Assembly (NCBI GenBank): GCA_965645245.1
Contig: OZ287081.1
Span: forward strand, 372,001-436,000
Length of the DNA stretch: 64,000 nt
Reading direction: 5' to 3'
DNA from: Massalongia carnosa
Lineage: Eukaryota
The notes under the pieces are model-generated. The model worked only from the letters and a program-made list of their open reading frames with translations. It had not been told where the DNA came from and made no database searches. Below are positions 23,392 through 36,988 of this stretch, one piece after another. The position numbers and the translations under genes are program-made. Position 1 is the first letter of the stretch. Every line of letters starts with the position of its first letter.

Positions 23392-25823
23392 TAGGGCTAG
23401 GATATGTATTAAACATGTTTATTGACTAACCCGATCGGGAAGTGTTTAATACGTGTCAGTTGGCCCAACTGACAGACACAGGGATTAGCTACAGGGGGGA
23501 GGGGGGGGGGCGGAAGAAGCGGGAAGATAGAAAGTGGGGAAAAGATACTTTATTTTGTTAGCAATTTGCGTACAATTTTATGTATCTCCTACTCTACTAG
23601 CTAGGTGTTTATCCAAGCTCTCGTCGCATCGCCAAATATCGTTTGACTCGCCGGTCTTTTCGATGATGACATGGACGTATCAGATAAAGAGATCTCTTCT
23701 TGCAGTAGTCTATCCTCCATCTCACAAAGATCCGTCTCATTGATGTCAATGCCAGCAAACTGAAGCTTGCTTTTGAAATCTGTTGGCTGATTAAGAGTAC
23801 GCTCATTCATGTAAATAAACATGAGTTTATCGACATTGATGGAATGTAGAGAGTTCCGACTTTTGGTCATGATCAAATTCATGACCGACCAATTTCTTTC
23901 TGCCAGCACCGAATTAGCAGGCAGCATTATTACCTTTCTAGCTATGTTGCTGAGATCAAAAGCAAAGCTTCTGGAAAAGTTCCAAAACAGCTCCGAATCC
24001 GTTTGATATGTCCAGCATTCGGAGGCAGGATAAAAACCGTCTTCTTGATTTCGAAAAGAAAGCCATTGCTTCATTGCCGACTTTGCTTCTTCAACGTTCA
24101 GATATTCAGCAAAGAATCTATGCATGATAGAGAAAAATGCCTGCGACGTGGATACTCCAATCACCTGAATGTTATGATTCTGAGGAACCAACAGAGCTGC
24201 TACCACATGAAGTTCAGTTATTTGACTGAGATATCGATCTTCCCAAACTATCTCTGCAATGTGATGCAAATCCATCTCAGAATCTTCATCCTCTTTGGCC
24301 ATTGTATATAGGTGAGATCGAAGCCTGTTCCAATTGGCAGTCACCGCGTACAGTTTATGCCCCTCGGCCTCGGACATGTATTGTGCTTTATGGATGGGAT
24401 CAAGAATTTTCTGTACGATGGCCAGCTTTTTCCAAAACGAGAAGTCGTTGACGAATGTTCCTAAAGGATTACTTCTGCCCTGATCAATGCCCGGAGCATT
24501 TTGCTGAAAATAATCCAAAATTGCCTGCTTGCTTTTTAGCACCGAGTTCAAAAGGCCTACAGTCGTACCCCATCTGGTCAAAACGTTGAGAATCAATGAT
24601 TGACGTTGATTGTATGTCTTTGAAAGTTATAAATTAGCAATGACGTTTTGATGCCGCATTGAAATTTCATTCCTACTTACCTTCATCTGAAAATTCCATA
24701 GAATGGCCAATTCTTTATTCGATCCACGAAAAGCTATCACTATCGACTGAGCTTTTTGCATGATGTCTGCAAAAAAAGGAAGCTTCAAAATGTCTCCCAA
24801 AAGAAGCTGTAAACCGTGACTGTCGCAAGGAATGAAAAAGACGTGTCTCATCTCAGGAAACTTTCGAATTTCAGACCACATGGCCTTCATAGTAGAGCAA
24901 GTATCTGTTCCTATACAATTAACTCTCCAGAGCTGATTATTGGTCGCTTCTCTACAGCCTTTTATCATCCACTCAGCTTGAACAGCTGCAGTCATCGTCT
25001 CAGCGATGCCGGCCATTGCTTTTAAATGAAAGCCCCCCCCTCGAGAGGTAGCTGATGAAGGGACATGACAACAGAGATTAATAACCCGTTCCTTCTTGAT
25101 GTTGGCCGTTTCGTCGGTAAAGAAGTTGAGATAACTGCAGGCATCTAACTGCTGATTTACTTTCAGTTTAACCGTCTCATAGGCGTCGTCCAATAATTTC
25201 CCGCCAACGAGCTTATGATGTGGAGGTTTATATCCAGAATGCAGTGCTTGATGATGAGCAATCACATAGGGATTTTCGAAGTGGTTAAACGGAAGATTGG
25301 TCATAAAGACGGACATTGCAGCAGCGCGATGAGCATGCGCAACTTGGGCTTGATTTAAGGGACGAATCAAAGGGGTGATGGGCAATTGAATCAAAGATTT
25401 GCTGCTCCTAGAAGACGTCTCTTGCTGTCTTCTTTCTTGCACTTCTTGAAAGGCATTGCATGTCTGCAAATGCTGCTGACCCCTGGTAGCAACTTTGGCA
25501 GACTGATATCCGCAATGCGTACAACGATGCTGAGGGTATTTCATGCCTTCAATGATGACATCAACGAAATTCTCATCTACCAATGCATTTTCGGTCGACC
25601 GCCAGAATGTCCAGATTGTCGAGACATGATCAATGTATGTATAGAGATAATAGGAAGGTACCTCAAATTAGGTAGAAATGTCTAGTAATTTCAGGTATTG
25701 ATCTATGAGAAAGATAAATTTGACATGCTTAAGTAATATTATACCAAAAAGACAGGGTCCAAGTCTGCACGTGACGTATAATACGTGTCAGTTGGCCCAA
25801 CTGACGTATTTTTCCTAGCCCTA
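23392..25823 (-). mobile_element. hAT DNA transposon, 2432 bp
   Basis: 11-bp TIRs TAGGGCTAGGA/TCCTAGCCCTA. Perfect 8-bp TSD TGCACGAT at 23384-23391 and 25824-25831. Contains a transposase. Confidence 0.95.
23601..25627 (-). pseudogene. hAT transposase (BED-type Zn finger, DDE core, hATC dimerisation region) with a probable 5' frameshift
   Basis: CTHC...HLQTC, TDET, TDTCSTM, PCDSHGLQLL, TRWGT and ANSVLAERNWS. Intron 24680-24618 joins the two ORFs in frame. The ATG at 25627 (MSRQSGHSGGRPK) is out of frame with the main ORF at an A4 run, so there is either a 1-nt loss or a downstream start. Confidence 0.8.
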
Positions 25824-26036
25824 TGCACGATGGGAGAGAGACAGGCACGCTAACCGGATCAAGACCCGTCCCCAGATCAAACATAACTACACCATACACG
25901 TGACATCCACTGGACCAGTCTCGTCATTTGATCTCCTGCTTGCATTCCGGCCTGACCTGAATCCATGAATCCTCCTCCGCCACACTTTTTGTGCCTCTCC
26001 CAACCCCATTCACTACATATGTTTCTGCGAGTTCGA

Positions 26037-26109
26037 ATCCGATAATCCTATCAGGAGGGACATTCGCATGATACACCCGATCCGATAATCCTATCAGGAG
26101 GGACATTCG
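26037..26109. repeat. 30-bp perfect direct repeat, two copies, 43-bp period
   Basis: ATCCGATAATCCTATCAGGAGGGACATTCG at 26037-26066 and 26080-26109. Confidence 0.9.
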
Positions 26110-26307
26110 AATTATGTCATGCCTGCCAGGCAGGACCCCACGCAACACCAGGTAACGAGATAGCTACTCGACTAAGCTACTCAACCAACTTCATGCTCTG
26201 GCTTGAGTCCAACTCCGTACGTCAATGAATTGATGCTCCTAGCGATTGGAAGCTTGATTGTTGAACACTATCGTTGATCTACCCTCGCTATCCTCATCTA
26301 TACAACC

Positions 26308-27661
26308 ATGCAGCCGACCAGCTTCAATTCACTTGTGCCCTTGCGGGAAGGGTCTCAAGCGCCACAACCCAATACTCGAGCCGGTGTCATTCGATCAGCT
26401 TCAGAGATCAGAAGATTGACGTCAGATGGTATGTGAAGCGCGTCGAGATTTCCGTGAATCGAGATTTTCCAGCCCTTTCGCCCGTTATGCTTGCATAAGG
26501 CTTATCTACACCACAACCATGGAAATCATATACTCATTCGATCATTACATAGAATCCTGGATCGAAGTATCTTCGCAACCCTCGTCATCGTCACTTTCCT
26601 CCGCAGGCACAGACGACATCGTAACGACAGGTCTCCGAGCGCAACGCGAGTCTAGCGCTCGTCGACGGCGTCGCCTGAGCCGGAATCAGCTCACCCACGG
26701 AGGAATCGTCCACGCAAGAAGTACTGCTGGGAGTAGCCAGGAAGAGTATGAGGAGAGCGAAAGTGAGTCGGAGCGGATCTTGAGTAGCTCCAACGAAGGC
26801 TTTGGACCACATTTCTCTCCAAACGCCACTCCAGCCGCACGGGCGTCTTCCACCTCGGACGAAATGTCATCGGGAGGTGATGATGATGAAAACTCGACCG
26901 CCCTGGGAATCAGCAATCACGAACCTGTCTTCACCCCCCAACCAAATGCCTTCTCTCATCCGCCACAATCGAGCAACGCAAGACATATCCTACCTTCAGA
27001 AACACGAAGTTCGTACTTTCCACATGCAAGAGCACCGGCGCCTAGACCTGCGGCGAATTCGTATCCTAGCCAAAGATCAAGATCCCACACTCCATACAAT
27101 ATGATCTCACCATCTCACCAAGCCGATCATGACGCCGCGCTGCGCGCAAGCCTCTCCACCCTCCTTTCCTGTGCCGCAGCTGCAAGAGGCTTACCCAAAC
27201 GTGACCAGCCATCGCAATACCCGATCAGACAGCCGCACAGGAACCATCCAGTCATGTTGCGCATGGTCCCCGAGTCCGCCATCGTCGGAGCAGATGCAAC
27301 AGGCCATCGGGTAACGGCTCGGAGAAACTCATCGAACTCCTCCAGCGCCCTGTCGCTGCAAGACAAGGGCAAACGGAAAGCATCGACATCGAAAGATCGA
27401 CGCGAAACCAGAAAGAAGCGCCGAGCGAGCAGCGAGGAGATGATGGTGAGCCCTACATTGATGACCTGGATGCTTAGCGCCGGGGTGGTTGTCCTGTTCA
27501 GCGCCATCAGCTTTTCAGCCGGCTATGCCATAGGGCGAGATGTTGGTCGGATGGAGGCGGGAGTGAGTTCTAGTCATGATGGGGTCATAGGGGGGAAGGA
27601 GATGGGGAAAGGATTGAGGAGGCTAAGATGGGGTCCGACTTCGACCGTGGTTCGGGTATGA
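26308..27661 (+). CDS. Uncharacterised Ser-rich protein with N-terminal SWIEV motif and C-terminal membrane anchor
   Basis: Exon 1 (26308-26428) joined across a GTATGT...TAG intron (26429-26552) gives RRLTSDESWIEV. Long low-complexity region, an HDAALRASLSTLLSCAAAARGLPK block and the hydrophobic segment LMTWMLSAGVVVLFSAISFSAGYAIG. Confidence 0.82.
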
Positions 27662-28043
27662 GGAAGGATGGTAGGGGATATCGGTGTGCGTTCTTATGAG
27701 CGTGGTATGAGATATGATGGAGATGAGGTATGGTATGCAATGATGCAATGGCTGAGAAGTGCTTCGGGGAAAGTACAGGGAGTAACGGGGTCATGTTTGG
27801 GTCCGAATGAGGGTTTAGATATCAGAATTTGGCTCTACTTCCAATCTATCAGCTACAATTCATAGTAATACCAAACCTGAATAAGCACCAGAGCCCGACA
27901 AGTTACACTACATCCCCTGGACAAGCTCCCAATCACGCTAACCACAACAAGCCATACGCGAAAAGTTTCAACCCATCCCATCTCCATTTGCCTACGTACA
28001 CCCTCGAACTATCCTTCACATTCGACCACTCAACCCCCCAAAA

Positions 28044-28992
28044 ATGCTCTGCACACGCTGTCTCCACCGCATCGTCATCCCGCCTCTCACCCGGCCTTCT
28101 CTCCTCCGCTCCCTCGCGACGACCCCCACGCCCTCAGCAGTCACCTCTCCATCTTCCCCAAAATTCTCCACGCCCTTCACATCCCCCCAACCACTCCCCG
28201 GGAAGTCCGCCTCATCCTCCTCCCCATCAAAAGACCTCCCCCTCCCACCACCCAAAAGCAGCGTCCGCGCCGGCACGGTCCTGAGAGGTCTCGGCTACAT
28301 TAAGGGCTCAGAAGCGCTGGCAGCGCCAGACGAGGATTATCCGGCTTGGCTGTGGGAGCTGCTGGATGAGAAGGGTAAGGGGAAGGAGGAAGTGGAGGGC
28401 GGAGTAGGGGATATGTTTTGTGAGTTTTGGGGGGTTTCTTTTAGTGTTTAGTTTTCATGGGGGCGGTAGGGGAGATTGGTGATTGGGGAAGGAAGGGGCT
28501 GCAGCGAGAGGTTGATGCTCTGATTAGGAGTTCTTTGAAGTCTTCTACAGCCCCTCTTCCCCTCCAATTACCTCTTCATCTAGCTCCATCCTCTCATTCG
28601 ATCCCACATCACCTTCATCACTCCTCTCCTCGCCTCTGACCCAAAGCTAACCCCTTCCCCCCCGCGCAGCCAAATCCAAAAAACAGCGCCGCATCGCCGC
28701 CAAAGCCGCGCGAAAAGCCGAATCGCTCAACCCCGGCGCCTCCTTCCGAAAAGTCCCCGTGGAGCAGCAAAGCATCGACCTACCGTTCGCGACGCCTACC
28801 GTGGCTCGCGCGCCTATTGCCGGTAGTAGGCTTGGAGTGGGAGATAGCGGCGTCGTGGTAGGGAGCGGGGGTAGGGATGGGGGAGTGGGGTGGAAAGTGG
28901 CGGAGCGGGCGAGGGAGGAATTGACGGAGGCGATGAGGAGGGGGAGGAGAAGGGGGATTAAAGAAGCGAATTTTTTGAAGGGGCTTAAATAG
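28044..28992 (+). CDS. MRPL37: Mitochondrial large-subunit ribosomal protein mL54 (Mrpl37)
   Basis: Presequence-like N-terminus, SSVRAGTVLRGLGYIKG...DEDYPAWLWELL, an intron at about 28421-28669 and a C-terminal RRRGIKEANFLKGLK. Confidence 0.88.
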
Positions 28993-29468
28993 GTTTTTTT
29001 GGGGGGGGGGGTTCTGGGAGGAAAGAATAATCCGCTGGGGGAAGGCAAGGGGTGAATACATACCTCAATGAAACAAACCCATAGGGTGTGGAGGTGTGCT
29101 CATAGCGAAGAGACGTTATTTTCCCCCCCTCTCAACCAGGTCAAGAGATGGAATGTACAAAGCCCAAGACGGCGGGAACGGGAATGGGATAAATAGATAG
29201 ATAGGTAGGTAGTTCATCGAAAAACTGACGGGGGGTCAAGAGACCCGGATGAGTCAGCTCCAGAGGTTTTCGTATTCACAATCTATGATGTTTGTTGTTG
29301 GTTGATTGATTGATTGATTGATGCTTAAGTGGGTAGGTAGGTAGGGAGATCTAGTGTTGGGGGGGGGGGGGGGGGGGGTTCTTTTCTATTCCTTTCTTTG
29401 TGGCGTGACGGTTTGAAAGGAAGGAAGGAGGTGGAGGAGGAGGGAAGGTGATAATGATGGATGATGAT

Positions 29469-29668
29469 NNNNNNNNNNNNNNNNNNNNNNNNNNNNNNNN
29501 NNNNNNNNNNNNNNNNNNNNNNNNNNNNNNNNNNNNNNNNNNNNNNNNNNNNNNNNNNNNNNNNNNNNNNNNNNNNNNNNNNNNNNNNNNNNNNNNNNNN
29601 NNNNNNNNNNNNNNNNNNNNNNNNNNNNNNNNNNNNNNNNNNNNNNNNNNNNNNNNNNNNNNNNNNNN
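29469..29668. other. Assembly gap (200 N)
   Basis: Run of N. Upstream are a poly-G tract and short microsatellites. True gap length and contiguity are unknown. Confidence 0.99.
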
Positions 29669-30176
29669 TAAAAAATCCCTGAAGAAAGAGTTAACGAAGC
29701 AGGAGAGAAGGAGTAAGCAAGAAAGCCATCATCACTGAAACGGATAATAAAGAACGAAATGGTGCGACAAAAAGCGCTAGAACCGGAAGATCTGGCAAAA
29801 GCGAAGAGCAAGCAGGAGAAGAAGTTTTAGGGATTCTTTATGCCTACTTTTCTCATGAGGGTTGCTTTCTGAAAGAATGCGGGAATGAAACATTTATCGG
29901 TTCAGATGACGCTTTTTCTAGTTCAAGGGAGGGAGGGGATCGGGTGGTAAGGGGAGGGAAAGTGTATAGAGGGTTTGGGTGGTTGTAGGTTAGGCAGAAG
30001 CCCCCCCCCCGTTGGTGATGGCGAGGGGTTTGACGCGGTGTTTCGCCGGGCACCTGGGATCATGATGAAGGATGGAATCAATGCGGATTCATAAACGTTG
30101 CGGATGTCATCTTATCGCACAAACAAAGCCGTGGAGGAAAAAAAACAACCGTCAACCTATCGCCAAAGCAAAGACC

Positions 30177-32939
30177 TCACCACGTACGCGGGCCAAAAAA
30201 CTCGCCTTCCCCCACAACCTTCTGAACAGCCGTCCCCTGCATATCCGTCGTGTTCAGCGCTTGCAAATTTCCCCACCACTGTGGCGGCGTCTGAAGCGTC
30301 AGTTGCAAGGTCAGGAAGATGACAATGGTCGAGATGGCCAGGCCAATGTCCAAGCCGGCGGAAGTGACGTAGTTGAAGCGCATCCACCACCCGCGATACT
30401 TGTTCTTGATATATTTGTTAAACAGCCAGCCCACTGCGCCCCAGGTAAGGTAGTTGAGAGGGGTTGCGGGCGGCAGGTTGCCGGTGCCGGAGAAGATGAT
30501 AGGCGCGGAGAGGTAGCGGAAGTTGCTTCTAGGCCACGTCCTGGCGGCGAGGTAGATGAGGACGGGAGCAAAGGCGCCAACGATCCAAAAGTAAAGGAGG
30601 CTGGAATAGATCTGACCCGGGCTGAAGATACGGCCTGGCCCGATGAGTCCCCAGATAACGCTGGCGTTGAAGAAGACGCGGGCTTGCGGGCAGGAGAAGT
30701 GACTGCTTTGGTGCCGGGAGCAGATGTTGGTGATTGCGCCAAGGGCCCAGTTCATGACGCCGATCTGCACGAAGCAGGACCAGATGGTGGCGATGATTTG
30801 CGCCATGAACATGGTTCGAGGGGGAACTTTCATGTAGTGGCCGAGCTTGAGGTCTTGGACGAACGCTATAGCTTGGCTCATGGTTATGTACCCGTATGTT
30901 TTGAAGAGCATCATGGCAATGGGGCGGCCGGGTTGCATGTAGCCAATGATGAATTCTGTGGATGGGTTAGGTTGATAATCACGTTATTGTTGACAATAAA
31001 ACCATGGCAAGGACAAGATTTTCAGAATGAGAACAGAAGATAAAGACATAGTGGAGAATAAAACCAGTGGAAAGGCATGACCCGAAGTATATTTGATGAT
31101 CTTTGGGGAGGCCGGTGCGGATGGAGGGAGAGAGAAGACACATACCAGTAAAGACGTTAAGACCTATATCAATATTGGTAATTGCTTTGATCATTCCAAT
31201 GGGGATGGACCAGATGGTTGCGATCAAAAGCGCAAGAACTAGCGCCCATCCTGCCAAATGAGTTTCATACCCATACACCGTCCCGAAACAAAACCCCAAC
31301 ATGATCGCCAACAAAGCTCCATACCACCAATCTGGAGCTTCGGGATACTTCCGCATAAGTCGAGTATGAACATCTTCTTCGTCGGCTTTGGAAGCCTTTG
31401 CACGTTGCCAAATCTCTTGGCCGTGAAACAGCGCGGTATGGACAATGACCGAAGCGATCCCAGCGAATGATAGACCATATGTAAGCGAAAAGGTTGTTGA
31501 TAGGAACAACGGGGAATACTCCTTGTATTTAGCTTCATCGAACAAATAGTCCGGTGTTAGAACGCGAGTGACATTGTAGGTAGATCCAGTGTTGTCGTAT
31601 GAGTTTGAATCGCTCATTGGGAGATATTCGTTCCACCAATGGCCGCTGTAATGGATGCCAATCGCTGTGAACCAATAGAAAGCGACCATACCAATGAGTG
31701 TATTGGCAATGGCATGCCATGGGGCGATCAAGGGGCTAAATATATATCCGGAGATATAAGTCCAATCAAACGTTATGGGGATTAAGGATAGACCAGTAAC
31801 GCCGCCAAACAGCTGGTTGACGACGACGTTATTAGGCTTGATCCATGTTACAAAAGCAAAGACTTGAAGGAACTGAGCAATCCAACCTGGAAACCAATAC
31901 CATACAAAGGAGCCAAGAAAGACGTAAAGAAAAAACCGATATCGGGATATTTTCCATCCTTGCGTCTTGGTCGGGTCTGTTGGCGACCGATCATGGAGAG
32001 CATAAAATAGTGAGGTATTCACCAAAGTAAATGGAAAAATCATGGCAGCTTCCAGGCTGTCAGTACATGCTCCTAGGAATCCCATTCGAAGCTTAGCTTA
32101 CCAGGCTTCACCAGAAATCTTCGCAAAATCCCAGCCAAGCCATACCCCACCATCTGTGTGGAGAGAGTCAACATGAGAGAAAATCCCCAGCCTAGGTTTT
32201 GGCCATAAAACGCCCTTTGTGCGAGCAGCGTATCGGTTGAGTACGCTTGGCCGGCTCCAAAGCTGGCGTTGGCCATGACCACAATGATGGTATGTTCCTT
32301 CATGTTGAAAGGTCCGGGGTTCAGATTGAACTTGAGTTTTCCAATCCTGAATTGACGATTAGGAAAGGTTAGCTGCCACCCTAATCCAATGGGCCATGCC
32401 ACTAGCTGGATGACCAAAGATGTTATAATGAGCGACGGCGCGCGCATGGAGAATAACATATTCAACGCAGAACCGACAGTAGTCAGTAACAAGCCAATGG
32501 TCCAGGCGCGGATAGTATTTGCAGGAGCAGGTTCATCGTACTAGGAATTCCCCGTCAGTATGTCGCTCAGCTAAACAGAAATAAGACAACTAACATTGCG
32601 AACGGCCGCTCGGACTTCGGGATAAGGGGAGTTTTCTTCAAAAGCGCCCACCAGGTTGATATCATGCTGAAAGTCATGGGCATGCGTGGCTTCGTCAAGT
32701 TCTTCGAGAGTATCCGAGGGAAGGTTAGGATCCCACCGATGCTTCCTCTCCAAATCCTTGAGCTTTTTTTGGGCCTCGAGCGTTACCGCTTCGGGGATCT
32801 GGCGGCCTGTGGCTGATGCTTTTTCATTTCCCGTTGATTTTTCAGAATTAGAGAGCGAATCTGGGGATGTAGCGGTTGGGCTGAGGGCATGGGCGGTATC
32901 CGTCCGGTGGAAGCCTAATCTTTTTGCGAACGAACCCAT
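30177..32939 (-). CDS. OPT-family oligopeptide transporter (Isp4/Opt-like)
   Basis: ENSPYPEVRAAV, LNPGPFNMKEH, QDLKLGHYMKVPPR and WWMRFNYVTSAGLD. Multi-TM, with three introns inferred. Confidence 0.95.
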
Positions 32940-34712
32940 CTTGAGAACTCCTTGAAAAACCACGGTCGGAGCCCAGTGTATAAGAAATAGGGATCTGATG
33001 GAGCCAGATGTAACAGCGGAATGAATGAACTATATACATGATGCAAGGCCAGCTGATGCGGCATGATTCCACTTTCCACTCGGGTTCACGCATAACCGCA
33101 AGAGTCCGCCCCGATGAGTTTATCAAAAGATCAGCTTAATAACCTTCGGGTTTAGAATCAACATTAGGATATTATACAGCGTTCCCCTTGTAAATCGCGA
33201 AGCGACAGCGAGTAAAAGTTAGGTTGTCATCGGTCAATTTACTAAAGGATGTATGACGAAACCTGGTCGCTCTAGAAAAGGCGAAATATGCAACTTAACA
33301 ACATCTACCATGCCTCAGAACCTGCCCAAAAATGTTAGTTTCTATCTTCAACAGGAGTTTATAAGCTCTTGCGTTACCCTAGGTGCGTAGGTGCGTGAGT
33401 GCATCACTGCACCAGCCTGCAATGGGAAGGTGCGAATGCACAGCATACATGCACACCCTGAAGGCAGTCCTTGAAGGATCTCGCCCGTAGCGATATGGGT
33501 TTTTGGTTTCCGGTTTCTATTGATTCTGAATTGATAAATAGGACTCTGCCAAATATAATCTTTTTATATTGTAACCGAGTCGGGTAATAAGAAACAGTAG
33601 TACATACATCAAGATTTCTTACCGATAGAGATTTAAGAAGACGGCTAACATAGATGGTATGTAGGTAGACGAGCGACAATTTTGTTATCTTCGACCTTCA
33701 CTCATGATTGACATCACACTAAGTAAGGTTTGAAACATGCGTGTGCACTTCCAGATAGCTTGCACTGATCTTGTACTCTGTACTCTCGATTTTCAAAGGG
33801 CATACCGACTACTCTGTCTATAAGAAGGCGATCATTGGCGATGAAGCTCCTGCAAGTGCAACCATCTGCAAAGCAGTTCCGCTCCATGCATCCTTCAAAG
33901 GTTGGGGATGCTTGAATACCTTCTCGAAGAAGGTAGTTGGCCCGCTCGGCACTTGCCAGATCGCCTGGCCTTGAATCAACTTCCCCAAAAGAAGGGTTCA
34001 GCTTGCAAAGGGCAAGAGGTCGGAGAACCCAGATATGTATAATCCAGCGAAAGGTTGGCATTGCTATATCTATCGGATTAATGGGGCAACTGATCATGCG
34101 TCGTCATATAGAGATAAAGGCCTAAGCGACTTCGAATTGGAAGTCCCAATGATCATTTTTGATATCTCACAGCTATCTGTAAGATATATTGCCTTGTTCG
34201 TTGCGTACTGAGAATATGTAAATTTCATTGTTTCAAAGAGGGTGGATAGAAAGGATTAAGAAAGAGAAGAAGATTTCTATACCAGTACGGAGTATTCACC
34301 CCCTTTCGATCAGCACTGTGGCACTAGTTAAACGCGGCCGCTAACTTAGTTTCTTGAATTACTAATCACGAAATCAAAACCAACTCGCGACAGTGATGAT
34401 GATTACGGGGTAAATGTTTCGTTTTCAGGGGAGTATGCAGTTAAGCCTATAGCTATGTGGGTTGATGATCCTGTAGCTTTGAGACAATTGCATAAAGATT
34501 TGAGATTTTTCTAGTCTTTTCAATCTTAGTGCTGGTGTAAAAGAGGTGAGCACGAGAACTACTCCGTAATGAAAACGAAACGAGAACGGTACTTGAGGAC
34601 TTACCACTTTCAGATATTCATCAAACCTCTCTCATCATCCCCATCAATTCAATATCCTGCATCTCGACATTTTCACCAGCAAAACAACACTGCTTGATAT
34701 TTAAACTACGTC

Positions 34713-36988
34713 ATGGGAAGAAACAAGAAGCGCAAATTTCCCCAGCTTGCCGAGGACTTGGATTCGAACAGGGAAGCACTGGCCAACTCTGGAGTTGCTG
34801 CCACTTTGGCGCATGTTCGTGCGCTAGAAACTCCTTCTCAAATCACCACTTCATCTGGGCTTTGGCACACACATGATGAAAGTGAGAAAGAGCATGATGA
34901 AGGTGATTGGATCACCGTCGGGAGGGGTGGAAAGCGACATAAAAAAAATATGTATCCAACCTTGAGCTTCGGAAGCTTGCACAGGCTGCAATCAAGTCTC
35001 AAGATATCCGACTTGCAAAATCTGGTGCTTTATTGCCTTGCTGATGCAGTAGGCCCTCAGTGGGTGGCGGTGAAGAATCACTCGAGTGTCAAGAAGGCTG
35101 TGGTTTTGTTGGTGCCGGGGCTGGAGAAAGGCATGTTTGATGGCAGTATTGCACTGGAGGAACCGTCGAACAATAAAGACAGCAAACAGCCTATGGCAGG
35201 TTGCCAAGAGGTTAATGGTACAAATAAAGAGATCTCTGCTTCTGATGTAGGTAGCATAGTAGGAAATAATCAAGCCGCTGGACATAAGAGCACTTCATCT
35301 CCGGATGATTACATGCCCGTGCTCATGGTTCCAGCGAGCTTGCCAGCCCCAATGAAACCGCTAGCAGATATGTTCACGCATAGATGGCCTGTGAAAGCTC
35401 CTGGCGATGATAAGTTCTCAAAAGTTTACTCTCCCTTGCATGCAATGCTAACGGCACCAATCACCAAATCCCAAGAAGAGAAAAGACAGGAGAAACAAGT
35501 CAAAGGCGCTAGACCGTCAAAGGCAAGCCAGCACTGGGAAAACCAAAGGACGCAAATCACTGCGTTCATCGCTTCAAAGGAAGAGCTAATCGAAAATGAC
35601 TATATAGTCCATCCTGCGCTGTTCATTGAGCAGGATGAGAAGGAGCAAGAGAATACCCGCAGGCAAGCAGCCAAGGAAACGGTAGAGATGGGCTGGGTTG
35701 ATACATTGACGGAGTCACTTGAGGATGGAGATGTAGTGGACACGGAACTCGAGCAGGATAACCTTACCGCTGGCCGCACTATTCTTGCGATGGATTGCGA
35801 GATGTGCAAAGTCGACGATGGGGAAATGGCACTGACTCGAATCAGCATCGTGGGATGGGACGGGGAAGTGATCATGGATGAGCTTGTCAAGCCTGACAGA
35901 GCTATTCTTGACTACCTGACACCGTGTGCACCCAATCATCCCCGAATTATGGCTCTGCCGTTCAGCTGATCGATCCACCTGACAGGTACTCTGGCATCAC
36001 CCCTAAAAAACTCGCCTCCGTGACCACAACTCTAAAAGAGATCCAAACCCGGCTTCTCAACATGCTAACCCCCCAAACCATCATACTCGGCCATTCCCTC
36101 AACGCCGACCTAAGCGCCCTCAAACTGACCCATCCCTTCATCCTTGACACCACCCTTCTCTACCAGCACCCGCGTGGTCCTCCCTTGAAATCATCCCTGA
36201 AATGGCTCGCGCAAAAGTATTTAAACCGCGAGATCCAAAAGGGCCACGGCAGTATTGGTCATGATAGTATTGAAGACGCGCGCGCCTGCCTCGACCTGGT
36301 CAAGCTGAAATGCGAACGGGGACCTAAATGGGGCACCATCGACGCCGCTGGGGAATCCATCTTCAAGCGACTCCAACGCAGCGTCAAAGGCGGCGCCTCG
36401 TCAGGCAAAATAGGTGCTATCGTCGACCGCGGCCATCCGGAGAAGAACTTTGGCTCGATGGCTACGTTTTGCATTGGCTGCGGCTCCGACTCCGAGGTGG
36501 TTGAGGGTGTGCGGAGAGCGGTTCTCGGGGATCCGGACGGGCACACCATTCCCGGTGGCGGCGTCGATTTTACTTGGGCCCGGCTGCGCGATCTTGAAAC
36601 TCTATGTGGCTGGTCCAACGACCATCGTCTTCCTTCCGCTTCTTCCGCCTTGCCCTCTTCTCCCACCCCCGTCAGTCCCGCCCTCAACAGCACCCCCGAA
36701 CAAGCCCGCTCCCCCGCATCCCTCAGCACCACCCTCTCAAAAACCATCTCCCACGTTGCCGCGATCCGGGCCTTCCTGCCCCCCTGCACCCTGCTGATTG
36801 TGTATAGCGGCACTGGGGACCCGCGCGAGGTGGGTCGCTTGCAGGACATGCAGCGGACATTTAAGAGAGAGTATGCGGTGAAGAAATGGGACGAGTTGAG
36901 TGTTCGGTGGACGGATACGGAGGAGCAGGCGCTAAAGAAGGCGTGTAGAAAGGCAAGGGAGGGGATGGGGTTCGTAGGAATCTTTTGA
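34713..36988 (+). CDS. REX1: DEDDh 3'-5' RNA exonuclease, Rex1/Rnh70-like
   Basis: Exo motifs AMDCEM, GHSLNADL and HDSIEDA. Intron 35924-35985 joins the two ORFs in frame. Confidence 0.85.

Noticed and set aside
26037..26109. Repeat-spacer-repeat resembling a CRISPR array
   Set aside because: Only two copies, a 13-nt spacer, a eukaryotic context and no cas genes.
29386..29830. ORFs spanning or next to the N gap
   Set aside because: Artefacts of the N run. The Lys-rich stretch after the gap contains a stop and cannot be assigned.
33400..34130. Short ORFs between OPT and REX1
   Set aside because: No recognisable domain or consistent exon structure.
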